Assembly (NCBI GenBank): GCA_028717685.1 | Contig: JAQUNI010000001.1 | Coordinates: 335,451-399,450, forward strand | Direction of reading: 5' to 3' | DNA from: Patescibacteria group bacterium | GTDB lineage: Bacteria > Patescibacteriota > JAQUNI01 | DNA: 64,000 nt | In this document: positions 9,029-18,272 of the stretch, in pieces | Layout of the letters: each line of letters opens with the position of its first letter | How positions within the stretch are numbered: the first letter of the stretch is position 1 | Translations under genes and position numbers: made by a program | The notes under the pieces: model-generated | Seen by the model: only the letters and a program-made list of their open reading frames with translations | Told to the model about the DNA's origin: nothing | Databases searched by the model: none

Positions 9029-9880
9029 TCATTTGGTTGCGTCCATGGCGCAACGAAAGCCAAGAGTGATGTCCGTGAGAATGGGAGCGAGACCAAAGCG
9101 CATAGCTACGCGAAGGCGATGCTGGTCAGAAGAGCTATATTGCCACTCGCCACCGCGCAACACAGTCCATATTCCAGTCTCTGGTCCCGTTGGATTTGAT
9201 TCTGGCGATCTTAAATAATAATCAGAATCATACCAATCAGTACACCACTCGTAGGCATTTCCTGCCATATCATACAAACCATACCCATTCGGAGCAAAGC
9301 TACCAACAGGGAATGTCAATTGCGGTTTACCAAGGCCACTATATACATATACATCATCATAAGTCAGAGTATCTCCCCACGAATAACGTTTGCCGACAAG
9401 ACCACCCCGAGCCGCCTTTTCCCATTCAGCTTCTGTTGGGAGTCGCTTACCAGCCCACTCCGCATAAGCCTTAGCATCATACCATGATACTCCGACTACT
9501 GGATGATCTGGCCCATTGAGAACTGGGTAATTCCAATATTCTGGTGTTGTTTTGTGTCCAGTTGCATCCATGAACTTTTTATATTGTGCATTAGTTACCT
9601 CATAAACATCCATATAAAAGGCGTCAAGATAAACTGTATGCACTGGTCTTTCATCGCTATCGCCTTCATTAAATGAATCGCCCATCTGAAATTCTCCCGC
9701 AGGGATGAGAGCCATCGACGCACCGTCTGAACTGAATATCTCATTTGTTCTCACCTGAAGATTAGAATCTTGAGATTCCAGTGGATTCTGACTGTCTTTA
9801 CCACAACCAACCAACATAACCGCAAGAACCGTAAAAGCCAAAATCACAAAGAAATACTTATAATACAACATCTTTATCAC
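9029..9880 (-). CDS. Lipoprotein with a formylglycine-generating enzyme (FGE-sulfatase / SUMF1-like) domain, 283 aa.
   Basis: Signal peptide plus lipobox (LVGCG). FGE-sulfatase hallmarks are present: YMDVYEVTNAQYKKFMDATGH, RLPTEAEWEKAARGG, GLYDMAGNAYEWCTDWY, and the C-terminal RGG..RCA motif. Confidence 0.8.
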   Translation of the reverse strand: MIKMLYYKYFFVILAFTVLAVMLVGCGKDSQNPLESQDSNLQVRTNEIFSSDGASMALIPAGEFQMGDSFNEGDSDERPVHTVYLDAFYMDVYEVTNAQYKKFMDATGHKTTPEYWNYPVLNGPDHPVVGVSWYDAKAYAEWAGKRLPTEAEWEKAARGGLVGKRYSWGDTLTYDDVYVYSGLGKPQLTFPVGSFAPNGYGLYDMAGNAYEWCTDWYDSDYYLRSPESNPTGPETGIWTVLRGGEWQYSSSDQHRLRVAMRFGLAPILTDITLGFRCAMDATK

Positions 9881-10124
9881 CCTTTTATCCTTCCTACATT
9901 TTGTAGTAATTAACGATAAATTGTCAAAGAAACGCCTCCCTAGCAGAAAATACTAGGTAAAATCGGTAAAACCCTGAATCTTTCTTTAGTCTTCATTATA
10001 GCACCTTTCTTATGTTTTGTCAATGTTTTACTCCTGAATCAAGGAATACCTGATTTCTTCTAAAACAAGCAGAAAAGCAAGCTGACTTAATATTACCATT
10101 TTGAACTTATATTGTCCACTTCCC

Positions 10125-10240
10125 TGCGCCTTTAGGCGGGGAGAAAAGAGGGGGTGGGAGCGGCACTCCCCCTGCTCGCCGCGCTAACGCTCCGGCGTAG
10201 CGAGCCCGAGGGGGAGATGGAGGGGGTCTAAGGGCGCGGG
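10125..10240. repeat. GC-rich palindromic repeat element (long form: ACTCCCCCTGCTCGCCGCGCTAACGCTCCGGCGTAGCGAGCCCGAGGGGGAG...).
   Basis: Near-identical copies occur at 2053-2140 and 4135-4200. Confidence 0.8.
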
Positions 10241-10241
10241 G

Positions 10242-13200
10242 TTAATCCCCAAGCTTCGCCCTCACATAATTTAAGACTCTTTTAATCCTCTGCCCTAATG
10301 TTAAAAACCTTTGAGTACTAGTGCCGAGAGTCTTTGATAACTCTATAGGTACCGATTCAGCCCAATTATTAGATGTATCCTGATCATAATGATCGTCTGT
10401 TTCTATTAAAGAGACCGAGACTTTAGCTTTTTTATAATATTCTGGAATAATGGGACCAAAGCAATAGCCATTGAAATCAATATTTTTGGCTGCCCCTGGC
10501 AGAAGCTTACCCGTAATTTGTTTCTCAAGCTCAGTTATGTGCAACATCTGACCTGGCACCACCCCACCATCTTCATCAAGTATGGTCACGTAAGCATCGG
10601 CATCTTCTACTGTATTTGCCAAATTTAATTCCTCCGATCCAGCATTAACAAGCTCTACACTTCCGTCTATGCAATAATTCCCTCCCCTTTGAGTCTTACG
10701 AGCTTGCACGGATTCAACAACTAAATCTGGTTCTTTAACTTCCGCGAGACCAGAACATTTTCTATGATCATTATTATTATCGTCATTCCATACGCCCGGC
10801 GTCCCGTTAGACTTTATTTCAGTCACATGTACTTCAAATTGGAAGAATCCCCACTTTTTCATGCCTAAATTAATTGGATAATTATCCTCCTTTTCTAATG
10901 GTGGACTGCCCTCCGCCAGATTGTACGAAGGGGCGCTCCAATGATAAGCTTCGGCACCGCCACCATAACATCCTTGGGGATCAGTCTGACCAGTTGGTTC
11001 CTTATCGAAGTAATACACAGTATAACTATAACTTAAATTATTAACATCTTCGGTGCCTTCATTAATAATTTGAAAATAACCATGTAAGATTCTAGCACCG
11101 CTCTGGCTATCTACACTGGCATAGCTTGCACCCTGCTTTATCCATTTTTGATATTGAATTGCTATATTTGTAATAGAAGGCTTTGGTTGGGGCGGTAGCG
11201 GAGCTGTGCATGCTGTGCCATCATTCTTTAATAATTGCGCGCCCAATTTCACAGGCAAGTTCGCGGCAATGATAAATTCTGTACCCGGTTTGTTTGGAGA
11301 ATTATCCGCTTCCTTGCCTTTTAAGGTAAAGGTCAGAGTGTCGTTGTTATTATAAGGATGACCGGCTGTGTCATTCATCGGGATGGTAACATAAAAAAAT
11401 AATTGTTTTGACTCCTTGGCATAAGAAACTATTTCGGGGGTAGTCAAATTGATGCCTGTTTTTGTTCCCGGACCGTCAGTTAAAGTAAAGGTGCTTTTCA
11501 CATCTCTAGATGCTGTATTCATCAAATTGACGGTAAGTAACAAATATTCGCCCGGATTAGCTCTCCAATCACCTTCTGTGCTCGCGACACAGCTTGCGTG
11601 CAGAGAGCTGCATTTATCCGCCGAGGGGCAAGTATATTGGTATTGGAAAGGCGAAGGAGACGGCGTGCCGGTGGGGGGTTTATACCAGTCGCCTTTATCA
11701 CCCACCATAATCTTGTAATCTGTGGCATTATAAAAACTATTCATACACATTGAGAGATAACGTGCTGGCTCGTATGTCGCTTGGGGGAAACTATTGCATT
11801 GGTCTTTGTTGTATAAAGTCAAATAAGCCGTATCCTGACCAGCTTCGCAGAAATAATCAGGCAGACCTGCTTTATTATTCCTTTCATTGAATTCTGGAAT
11901 CACACCCTCTTTTTCGGTGAAATTAGCATCCACCTTTTCATCCGCAAAAACCGCAAAGCGCATATTTTTAGCCTCTCTGACTTCAAAATTAGGTATAATA
12001 AACTCTGCAATCCCTTTGCTGCCCTTTTTCTCATCGTAAAAATCAAACTCATCGGCGAGAGTCCAAGGGATTTCAGTAACTCGTTGATATTTTTTCTTGA
12101 TGCAGTCAATATAATTTTTGTAAGAATCATCTGCCGCATTAGCGCCTGGTTGGTTGGTCTCGTCCGGATTCTCAAAATACTTGGCATAAGTTTCCAGTGC
12201 GCCGCTTGAGGCCGGTGATTTTGATTCACAGTAACATTCGTCAACCGACAGAATAGGATCTGTTGCGGGTGTGCCGCAATAATTGCCCCGATTCCAGCTC
12301 CAGTCCCAAGTCATATGATGTGTCTCTGTTGTCGGTTTGCCGTAGCAAACATAAACGCCCATGGGGATAACCGTGCCCTTTGGAATGGCGCGATCCCCTT
12401 GATTTTTAATTTTGAATTTTAAATCTAATTTTGATCCCTGAACCACGCCAGTAGTGCCAGCAGGAGATGTATTTATTTGAAAGTCTAACCCTGCCGGCAC
12501 CAAATCCGGCTTTTTCAAAATATTGCCATCATCCTCGCTATTGTCGGCAGAGTTTTCGCAACCCCACACATCAGCCGGAAAATCAGTATACCCATCTTTA
12601 TCATTATCCACGCCGTCGCTGCAGCGCGGAAATACCGGCACGGTCAAATCCTGATGGAAGATGATGCGCCCATATTGGTCCCGAAGGTATAAGGGAACCT
12701 TAGCGTTGCCGTCAGATTTAGCATCATCTTTCACGCGCAGGTTGAAATCCTTGTTTAATATTAGAGTTTGCCCCGAGACAATCATGCCAATCTTAATTGA
12801 ACTTTTATTGTCTCCCGAATCATTCTTGCCGCTTCCGACATATTGAAAAACTGGAGAATTTTCTAAATCAATAAAAAGATCCAAACCGCTAAGACTGCCC
12901 GAGTGCAAGGGACGGATATCTTTTAAAGTAACCCCAATTTCAATTTCCTCGCCGGGATTCGCCACTCCTGTGTCATCGCCGTCCGGATGGTCGCCATCGC
13001 CGCGCAAATCAGCGGTCTTGAGTCCGTCACTTATTTTATATTCCGCGGTGACCGGTGAAGCCGACACATTCGCAATCTGGACAATGCGGTTATTGAGCTT
13101 ATTTAAATCCTTATTTTTCGCATCTTTGTCAGAATCAAAAACCATCATCAAAGCGTGGGTGCCGGGCTCAACAGCGGTCCACGTAACTGTGGCAATATCA

Positions 13201-16121
13201 CAAGCCGGCTTGTTGAACCAAGGCTCAGAAGAGCAGTTGATGGGCATTTCTATTGTGTCTTCGTAGACTTTTTTTGCTTTCACACTTGCGATTTCACTTC
13301 CTGCTTCATTAACAAGATCGCCAGTATAAAAATTAGCTTTCCCAAAGAAACCTTCCACGCCCCCTTCCACTCCTGCCAAATCATACAAGGTTACATGGAC
13401 CTTATCCGCGGATTTGTCGAGACCATCATTTCTATAGCGCATTATAATCGGCACTTCCTGACCTTCATAAAATATAGGCGTAGGCGCGAATTGCCGGTCA
13501 AAAACATTCATATTCTGATACGGCGGCGGGTCTTGCGGCAGTTCCAGCATATAATTTTGGGCAAGGTAACCCCTGCCGCAGGGAGCGGGGTTAGAGCTAT
13601 CTGAAGTGAAATATGTTTCTTGATGGCAATTTCTCGCCGCGGTGGTCGGATCAGGTTTATATTTCTCCCCGCTCCAAAGTTGTTTTTCTGTCACTTCGGG
13701 TAACTCATATCCTTGAAAAAATTCTGAAGCGCCATTGACTTCTTTTTTGAAAACAATATTAATATAAACGCTTTTTGTTATTTCGCTCCAAATCTGGTTC
13801 CTTTCGGCAAGACTTAAATCCGTGCTTAAATCCCAGCGGGCGATATGGACTCCTGCCGGCATATTATTAAAAACCAATTTGCGGTAAAGTTTAATATTTT
13901 CATTGGCTGTGTCAGTCGGCCTAAGATAGATTTCCACCGTAACATTGGATTTTTCAGTCAAGCGATAAGGAAATTCTAAAAAATCATAGCGTCCATCCGT
14001 GGATAAATTTATTGTTTCAGTCTTGATTTGATTTTCCTCGGGTTTTAAATTACAAAAATTCAAAAGCTCCAAAACCTTACGAATACCTGATTTAAAAGCA
14101 TAAAAGGTTGCCAAATCGCCAAAAGTGTCTGTAACACCACTTTCAGAAGCCCAATTGCCAACTGCGTCTGTCACTTCTTCAACCACTCCTCCTAATCCTA
14201 CCGTATCCCCCGCCCTAATAAGCAGCCATTTTGCTGCCCTTCCCAAAAGAGACACGCCTTTCTTTCCTGCTTCTGCGACAGATTTAGTTAAGAGAGGCTC
14301 AATTAACTCCTTGTAAACTACAAACTGGGCTAAAGTAGCAACAGAAAGCAAACTTTCTTTCTTATTAACAGAACTTGCTTGAGCTTGGAATTCACCTTGA
14401 TTATTTTTGATCAAAAGAGACGTATAACCATTGGGGTCAGTCTTTGCCGCTTCCTCTCGGGTTTTATTTAAAGCCTCCAAAGATTCTAAATCTAACGCGC
14501 TGACTTGTTTTCTTAACTCTTCCGGCCAAGGATTGCCAACTGTTTCATCTTTATTGGGAACCATTATATAATTTTGCGTGTCAACCCCTTTTCCATCTAT
14601 TGTCAATCGTTCTCCTTTTTTGTCTCCTACATCAAAAATCCAACAAATCAATTTCTTTCCAAGATCTGAAACCCAGCCCACTATCTCACCCAAAAAATTA
14701 GTGTCCACCTGTTTTAAGGCGGCGATTAAACACTGCCCGGCGCTTGGTCTTTGAGGTTCGCCCATTTTCCCCATCGTAGTCCCCAAGTCCGGCTCTATCA
14801 CTTCAAAGCCGACAGGGCATCCAGCGAGAGCCCCTGTAGTCGCTCTTTTAACTTTAAAATTGACATTGGTAAGGTAAGTCTTGCCTAAATCATAGATAAT
14901 GCGGGAGACGCCGGAGAGATCAGTGGCGTCGCCTGCGATTTTCAGTTTGCTCTCAATTAAATCATTGACCATCACCTTCACTTTCTGACCTGGCCTTTTA
15001 ATTAAACCGGTCCAGCCCGAAGCCAAGGGATCAGAAATCGCCCTGGAAGTAAAGGCAATGCTCGCGGGATACACCTCTACAGGCTCTTGCCAAACATTGG
15101 GCTTCACTAAAGTTTCAATCACGTCAATCTTATATTGAATATCACAAAACAAAGCAAAGGGAAAATCGGCGTCCCAGCTCCAAATATCATAACGGTAGAA
15201 ACCATTAGATAATGGATAAACATAATAAGTGCCTTTGCTGGCTAAATTATATCCAGAAATTGCCCCACTTGTTGCCGGGCTCTGAATTGGGGTGTATCCC
15301 CAGCCCTTGAGTTTACTATCAAGCTCGCTCTTTTTAAGATTTTCCCCCCTCTTCAGAAAATAAGATTCTATCGCCTCCGGCATATCGGTTACCTTGCGGC
15401 CGTCGTTATGACCCTCGGAAATTATATAATCCCGATTTCCCTCCGCTTCAGACGACGCCGCCACATCCATTGTCGTGCCCACGGCGCCCCAGAGCAATCC
15501 TTGAGGCGTAGACCAAATTCTTGCCATATTCTTGCTCCAATAATCGCGATCCGAAATAGAAGGGGGGCGGTCCTCTCCGCTCATCTCTTTGGAAACCTTA
15601 TCCAACTCTTTCAAAACAGAATGGCTTAATTTATTGCCGGTCTCTTTAAGTCCGCGGTAGGCTAAATTCTCCAAGCCCAAGAAAGCGTTTAAGAGGGGCG
15701 CGTCTATCTTAGCGTCTCCCACTTCACTAGCGACCCAATTATGGAATTTAGCAAAGCCGAAATCCAAATAAGGCACAAAGACTTGGCGGTTGTAATCCTG
15801 CACTAAATATTCGTCTTCAAAGCTCTTGACCACTTGAGAATAAAAGCGGTCTACCACGGTATTAAGGGAATCCTTGATAATTAATTTCAAAAAATCTCCA
15901 TAATTAAAAGAAGCGAGCCCCGAGAAAAAAGTTTTCATCGGGTCTAAAATCAAGCCTTGCAGCACTCCTTTAGATTGCGTGTCCCCTGTTGCCGCCGTCT
16001 CTGCAGCACGGGCTGGCAACGCCCCTCCCAAGGGGCTCCCCAAAAAACCAATCAGCAAAAGAAGCGCAATTCCCTTGCGATGTTTGTAAAGCAAATGATT
16101 GTGGAAGAAATTTTTGTCCAT
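10242..16121 (-). CDS. Giant secreted/surface protein (1959 aa), function unknown.
   Basis: Uninterrupted 5.9 kb ORF with an N-terminal signal peptide (LLLLIGFLGSPLGGALPARAAE). No catalytic motifs were recognised. Many Asp/Gly/Cys-rich segments. Confidence 0.7.
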   Translation of the reverse strand: MDKNFFHNHLLYKHRKGIALLLLIGFLGSPLGGALPARAAETAATGDTQSKGVLQGLILDPMKTFFSGLASFNYGDFLKLIIKDSLNTVVDRFYSQVVKSFEDEYLVQDYNRQVFVPYLDFGFAKFHNWVASEVGDAKIDAPLLNAFLGLENLAYRGLKETGNKLSHSVLKELDKVSKEMSGEDRPPSISDRDYWSKNMARIWSTPQGLLWGAVGTTMDVAASSEAEGNRDYIISEGHNDGRKVTDMPEAIESYFLKRGENLKKSELDSKLKGWGYTPIQSPATSGAISGYNLASKGTYYVYPLSNGFYRYDIWSWDADFPFALFCDIQYKIDVIETLVKPNVWQEPVEVYPASIAFTSRAISDPLASGWTGLIKRPGQKVKVMVNDLIESKLKIAGDATDLSGVSRIIYDLGKTYLTNVNFKVKRATTGALAGCPVGFEVIEPDLGTTMGKMGEPQRPSAGQCLIAALKQVDTNFLGEIVGWVSDLGKKLICWIFDVGDKKGERLTIDGKGVDTQNYIMVPNKDETVGNPWPEELRKQVSALDLESLEALNKTREEAAKTDPNGYTSLLIKNNQGEFQAQASSVNKKESLLSVATLAQFVVYKELIEPLLTKSVAEAGKKGVSLLGRAAKWLLIRAGDTVGLGGVVEEVTDAVGNWASESGVTDTFGDLATFYAFKSGIRKVLELLNFCNLKPEENQIKTETINLSTDGRYDFLEFPYRLTEKSNVTVEIYLRPTDTANENIKLYRKLVFNNMPAGVHIARWDLSTDLSLAERNQIWSEITKSVYINIVFKKEVNGASEFFQGYELPEVTEKQLWSGEKYKPDPTTAARNCHQETYFTSDSSNPAPCGRGYLAQNYMLELPQDPPPYQNMNVFDRQFAPTPIFYEGQEVPIIMRYRNDGLDKSADKVHVTLYDLAGVEGGVEGFFGKANFYTGDLVNEAGSEIASVKAKKVYEDTIEMPINCSSEPWFNKPACDIATVTWTAVEPGTHALMMVFDSDKDAKNKDLNKLNNRIVQIANVSASPVTAEYKISDGLKTADLRGDGDHPDGDDTGVANPGEEIEIGVTLKDIRPLHSGSLSGLDLFIDLENSPVFQYVGSGKNDSGDNKSSIKIGMIVSGQTLILNKDFNLRVKDDAKSDGNAKVPLYLRDQYGRIIFHQDLTVPVFPRCSDGVDNDKDGYTDFPADVWGCENSADNSEDDGNILKKPDLVPAGLDFQINTSPAGTTGVVQGSKLDLKFKIKNQGDRAIPKGTVIPMGVYVCYGKPTTETHHMTWDWSWNRGNYCGTPATDPILSVDECYCESKSPASSGALETYAKYFENPDETNQPGANAADDSYKNYIDCIKKKYQRVTEIPWTLADEFDFYDEKKGSKGIAEFIIPNFEVREAKNMRFAVFADEKVDANFTEKEGVIPEFNERNNKAGLPDYFCEAGQDTAYLTLYNKDQCNSFPQATYEPARYLSMCMNSFYNATDYKIMVGDKGDWYKPPTGTPSPSPFQYQYTCPSADKCSSLHASCVASTEGDWRANPGEYLLLTVNLMNTASRDVKSTFTLTDGPGTKTGINLTTPEIVSYAKESKQLFFYVTIPMNDTAGHPYNNNDTLTFTLKGKEADNSPNKPGTEFIIAANLPVKLGAQLLKNDGTACTAPLPPQPKPSITNIAIQYQKWIKQGASYASVDSQSGARILHGYFQIINEGTEDVNNLSYSYTVYYFDKEPTGQTDPQGCYGGGAEAYHWSAPSYNLAEGSPPLEKEDNYPINLGMKKWGFFQFEVHVTEIKSNGTPGVWNDDNNNDHRKCSGLAEVKEPDLVVESVQARKTQRGGNYCIDGSVELVNAGSEELNLANTVEDADAYVTILDEDGGVVPGQMLHITELEKQITGKLLPGAAKNIDFNGYCFGPIIPEYYKKAKVSVSLIETDDHYDQDTSNNWAESVPIELSKTLGTSTQRFLTLGQRIKRVLNYVRAKLGD

Positions 16122-16254
16122 TATCTTAATATTGTCATTGCGAGGAGGGCCTTTAAGCCCGACGAAGCAATCTCATCAAGCTATATTAATACAGATTTAG
16201 GAGATTGCTTCGGTCGGCATCAGATGCCTCCCTCGCAATGACGACAATTCATTA

Positions 16255-17751
16255 TTATTCTTTGTTATCAGCGCTATATTTCTTAGATAATTCATCTAAA
16301 TTCTTCTGCATTAATACTTCTAAACTGTCAAAAGACTTCAATTTGCCGATAATAGCATCCGCCTGTCCGGTATCGCTGCTGCGCAAAGAATTTTCATCCG
16401 TCACCTCCTCATAGATGCGGATAATGGTTAAAAAGATTTTATGGATTTCTTTAGTATCCCGCGGCACGGCGATTTTCAGCAGCTCCGCATCAATATTCTT
16501 GAGCGCGTTATAGGTTTGGTTAATGACAGTATAATCATTCTGGGCAATCTGATTTTTTAAAGTAGCGGCGTCAATACTTTGTAAACCGGAAAAATTTTTT
16601 TCAAAAATACCATTGACATCTTGGAAATATTTTTGGATGTCTTCTGCTTTACTGGTATCAAAAATCTTGAGTTCGCTATCAGAGATTTCCGCGGGCGCGG
16701 AAACAGGAATCGCGTTAAACATATCCTGCATTGAACTTTGCATAGAGTCGGAACTTAAAATCTTTTTCTGCATTTCCAGTTTTCCCGAGACATCCACATT
16801 GCCGGACTGCGCCTTAGCAATATCTTCCTCAGACAAACCCAGCTTTTGCAGGGCGCTGTAATCATTGCCGGTTAAATTGCTAAAGTCCGTTTGCCCGCCT
16901 TGGTCCAGCGCGCATTTGCCGCCGGAAGCGCCGGCATCAACCGAACCAGCAGCGCACGAAGCGCTGGTCGTGGACGCGGAGGCAACAGCGGGAGCGGCAC
17001 CAGAGGCGGAGGGGGTGGGAGCAAAACTCACCGCCGGATTTTTCTTCACGGCTGGAGTCAAAGGATCATAGCCATTTTTTACTTCCACGCCGTCAGGATA
17101 ACCATCGCCATCCGTATCCTTCTGGAAAGGATTAGTAGCGAGTTTCTCTTCAATCTCGTCCGAGAGTCCGTCTTGGTCAGAATCAATGCTCAAAGGCAAA
17201 GAATTCGCGGTAACATTGTTATTGCCTGAAGTATTAAAAACACGGCTGTCAGTTTTGGCGGCGATTTGAGGCACGATTGCCCCTCCCTCTTCTTGCGCGG
17301 TCTCTGTCAAAGCCGCGGCTTGCACTGTCGAAATGGAATTTCCCTTTCCGCTTTCGCTCGCTAATGTTTCGCTCATCCTGTTTAAGGAAGCCTGCGTCTC
17401 TTCAAGATTAATTTTGCGGTCTAGAAAAATAAAACCCCCAATAGCGCCGGCGATTATGATTAAAATCGCGACAGTGACTACTTGGAGGGTTGACCTTAAA
17501 ACTGTTTTGGTTTTTTGATTTTGAAGAAAATTAAAACCCCGCACCACTTTCGGTTCAGGGCTTGTAGGATTTGGTTCTTTAATACTCGCGTCTTCAGAAT
17601 AACCGCGATACCAATTTTCTAAATAAGAAGGCAGTCCTCCCGGTAAAGCCGTTTCCGGCGCATAGCTTCCCGCGTTACTAAAATTGGGGTTCGGATTATT
17701 TAAAACCTCAGAATGCCCGGGATAACCCGAGAAATCAAAATGATTTTTCAT
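16255..17751 (-). CDS. Membrane-anchored protein with calcium-binding (thrombospondin type-3-like) Asp-rich repeats, 498 aa.
   Basis: Single transmembrane helix (VVTVAILIIIAGAIGGFIFL) followed by DSDQDGLSDEIE...DTDGDGYPDGVE repeats. Confidence 0.6.
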   Translation of the reverse strand: MKNHFDFSGYPGHSEVLNNPNPNFSNAGSYAPETALPGGLPSYLENWYRGYSEDASIKEPNPTSPEPKVVRGFNFLQNQKTKTVLRSTLQVVTVAILIIIAGAIGGFIFLDRKINLEETQASLNRMSETLASESGKGNSISTVQAAALTETAQEEGGAIVPQIAAKTDSRVFNTSGNNNVTANSLPLSIDSDQDGLSDEIEEKLATNPFQKDTDGDGYPDGVEVKNGYDPLTPAVKKNPAVSFAPTPSASGAAPAVASASTTSASCAAGSVDAGASGGKCALDQGGQTDFSNLTGNDYSALQKLGLSEEDIAKAQSGNVDVSGKLEMQKKILSSDSMQSSMQDMFNAIPVSAPAEISDSELKIFDTSKAEDIQKYFQDVNGIFEKNFSGLQSIDAATLKNQIAQNDYTVINQTYNALKNIDAELLKIAVPRDTKEIHKIFLTIIRIYEEVTDENSLRSSDTGQADAIIGKLKSFDSLEVLMQKNLDELSKKYSADNKE

Positions 17752-17939
17752 TTTTGTTTTTGATCGCCTCTAATTTTGGAGGTGAAAAATTTTTATTTTT
17801 ATTTTAGCGACTCTTGAAAAGCTAATTTTGGCTTCTCAAAAATCAGAGAAAAATCCCCTAGAAGCAGCTTATTTGCCCTCTAGTTATCTAAATATAGTAT
17901 ATCACATCTAAATCTTCAAGTCAATGGGGGGTAATGGGG

Positions 17940-18215
17940 ATAAAAATGAATAATCCCCGCACCTTTAGGCGGGGAGATATCTGTTGGCTCCATAGTCCCC
18001 GAGTGAAGCGAGGGGTCCGCCCGCTAATGCCTGAAGCCGCGCCCGACAGCGCAAGACGCAGTCGTTGCGGGCGGGCGCAAGCGATGGCGGGCAGGCTGTG
18101 GAGCCAGAATGCAAGACGGAGGTATTAAAGATAAAAGTATTAGCAGAAAATGACGGTCTGCATTTTGGCTCCATAGGGCTAGCGCCACTATGGAGCCAAC
18201 TATTCAAAAAAAGGC
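17940..18215. repeat. Repeat cluster containing TTGGCTCCATAG-N11-CTATGGAGCCAA palindromes and a GCGATGGCGGGC unit.
   Basis: There is a perfect 12-bp inverted repeat at 18165-18203. Related GGAACTATGGAGCCAAC units occur at 8480-8500 and 36362-36380. Confidence 0.7.
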
Positions 18216-18217
18216 GC

Positions 18218-18261
18218 GAAAATAAAAAACCCAGTATATACTCTTGAAGTATTATACTGGG
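18218..18261 (-). terminator. Rho-independent terminator of the second FGE-domain lipoprotein gene (duplicate of 8976..9017).
   Basis: The same hairpin-plus-T-run module is present, and the roughly 90 bp flanking sequence is shared with 8965-9065. Confidence 0.6.
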
Positions 18262-18272
18262 AATAAGAAAAA

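Noticed and set aside
8636-9218. Track ORFs 8636..8929, 8763..8981, 8859..9053, 8884..9096 and 9000..9218.
   Set aside because: They are translations of the GC-rich hairpin repeat array and the terminator region on both strands. They have no start context and are mutually overlapping.
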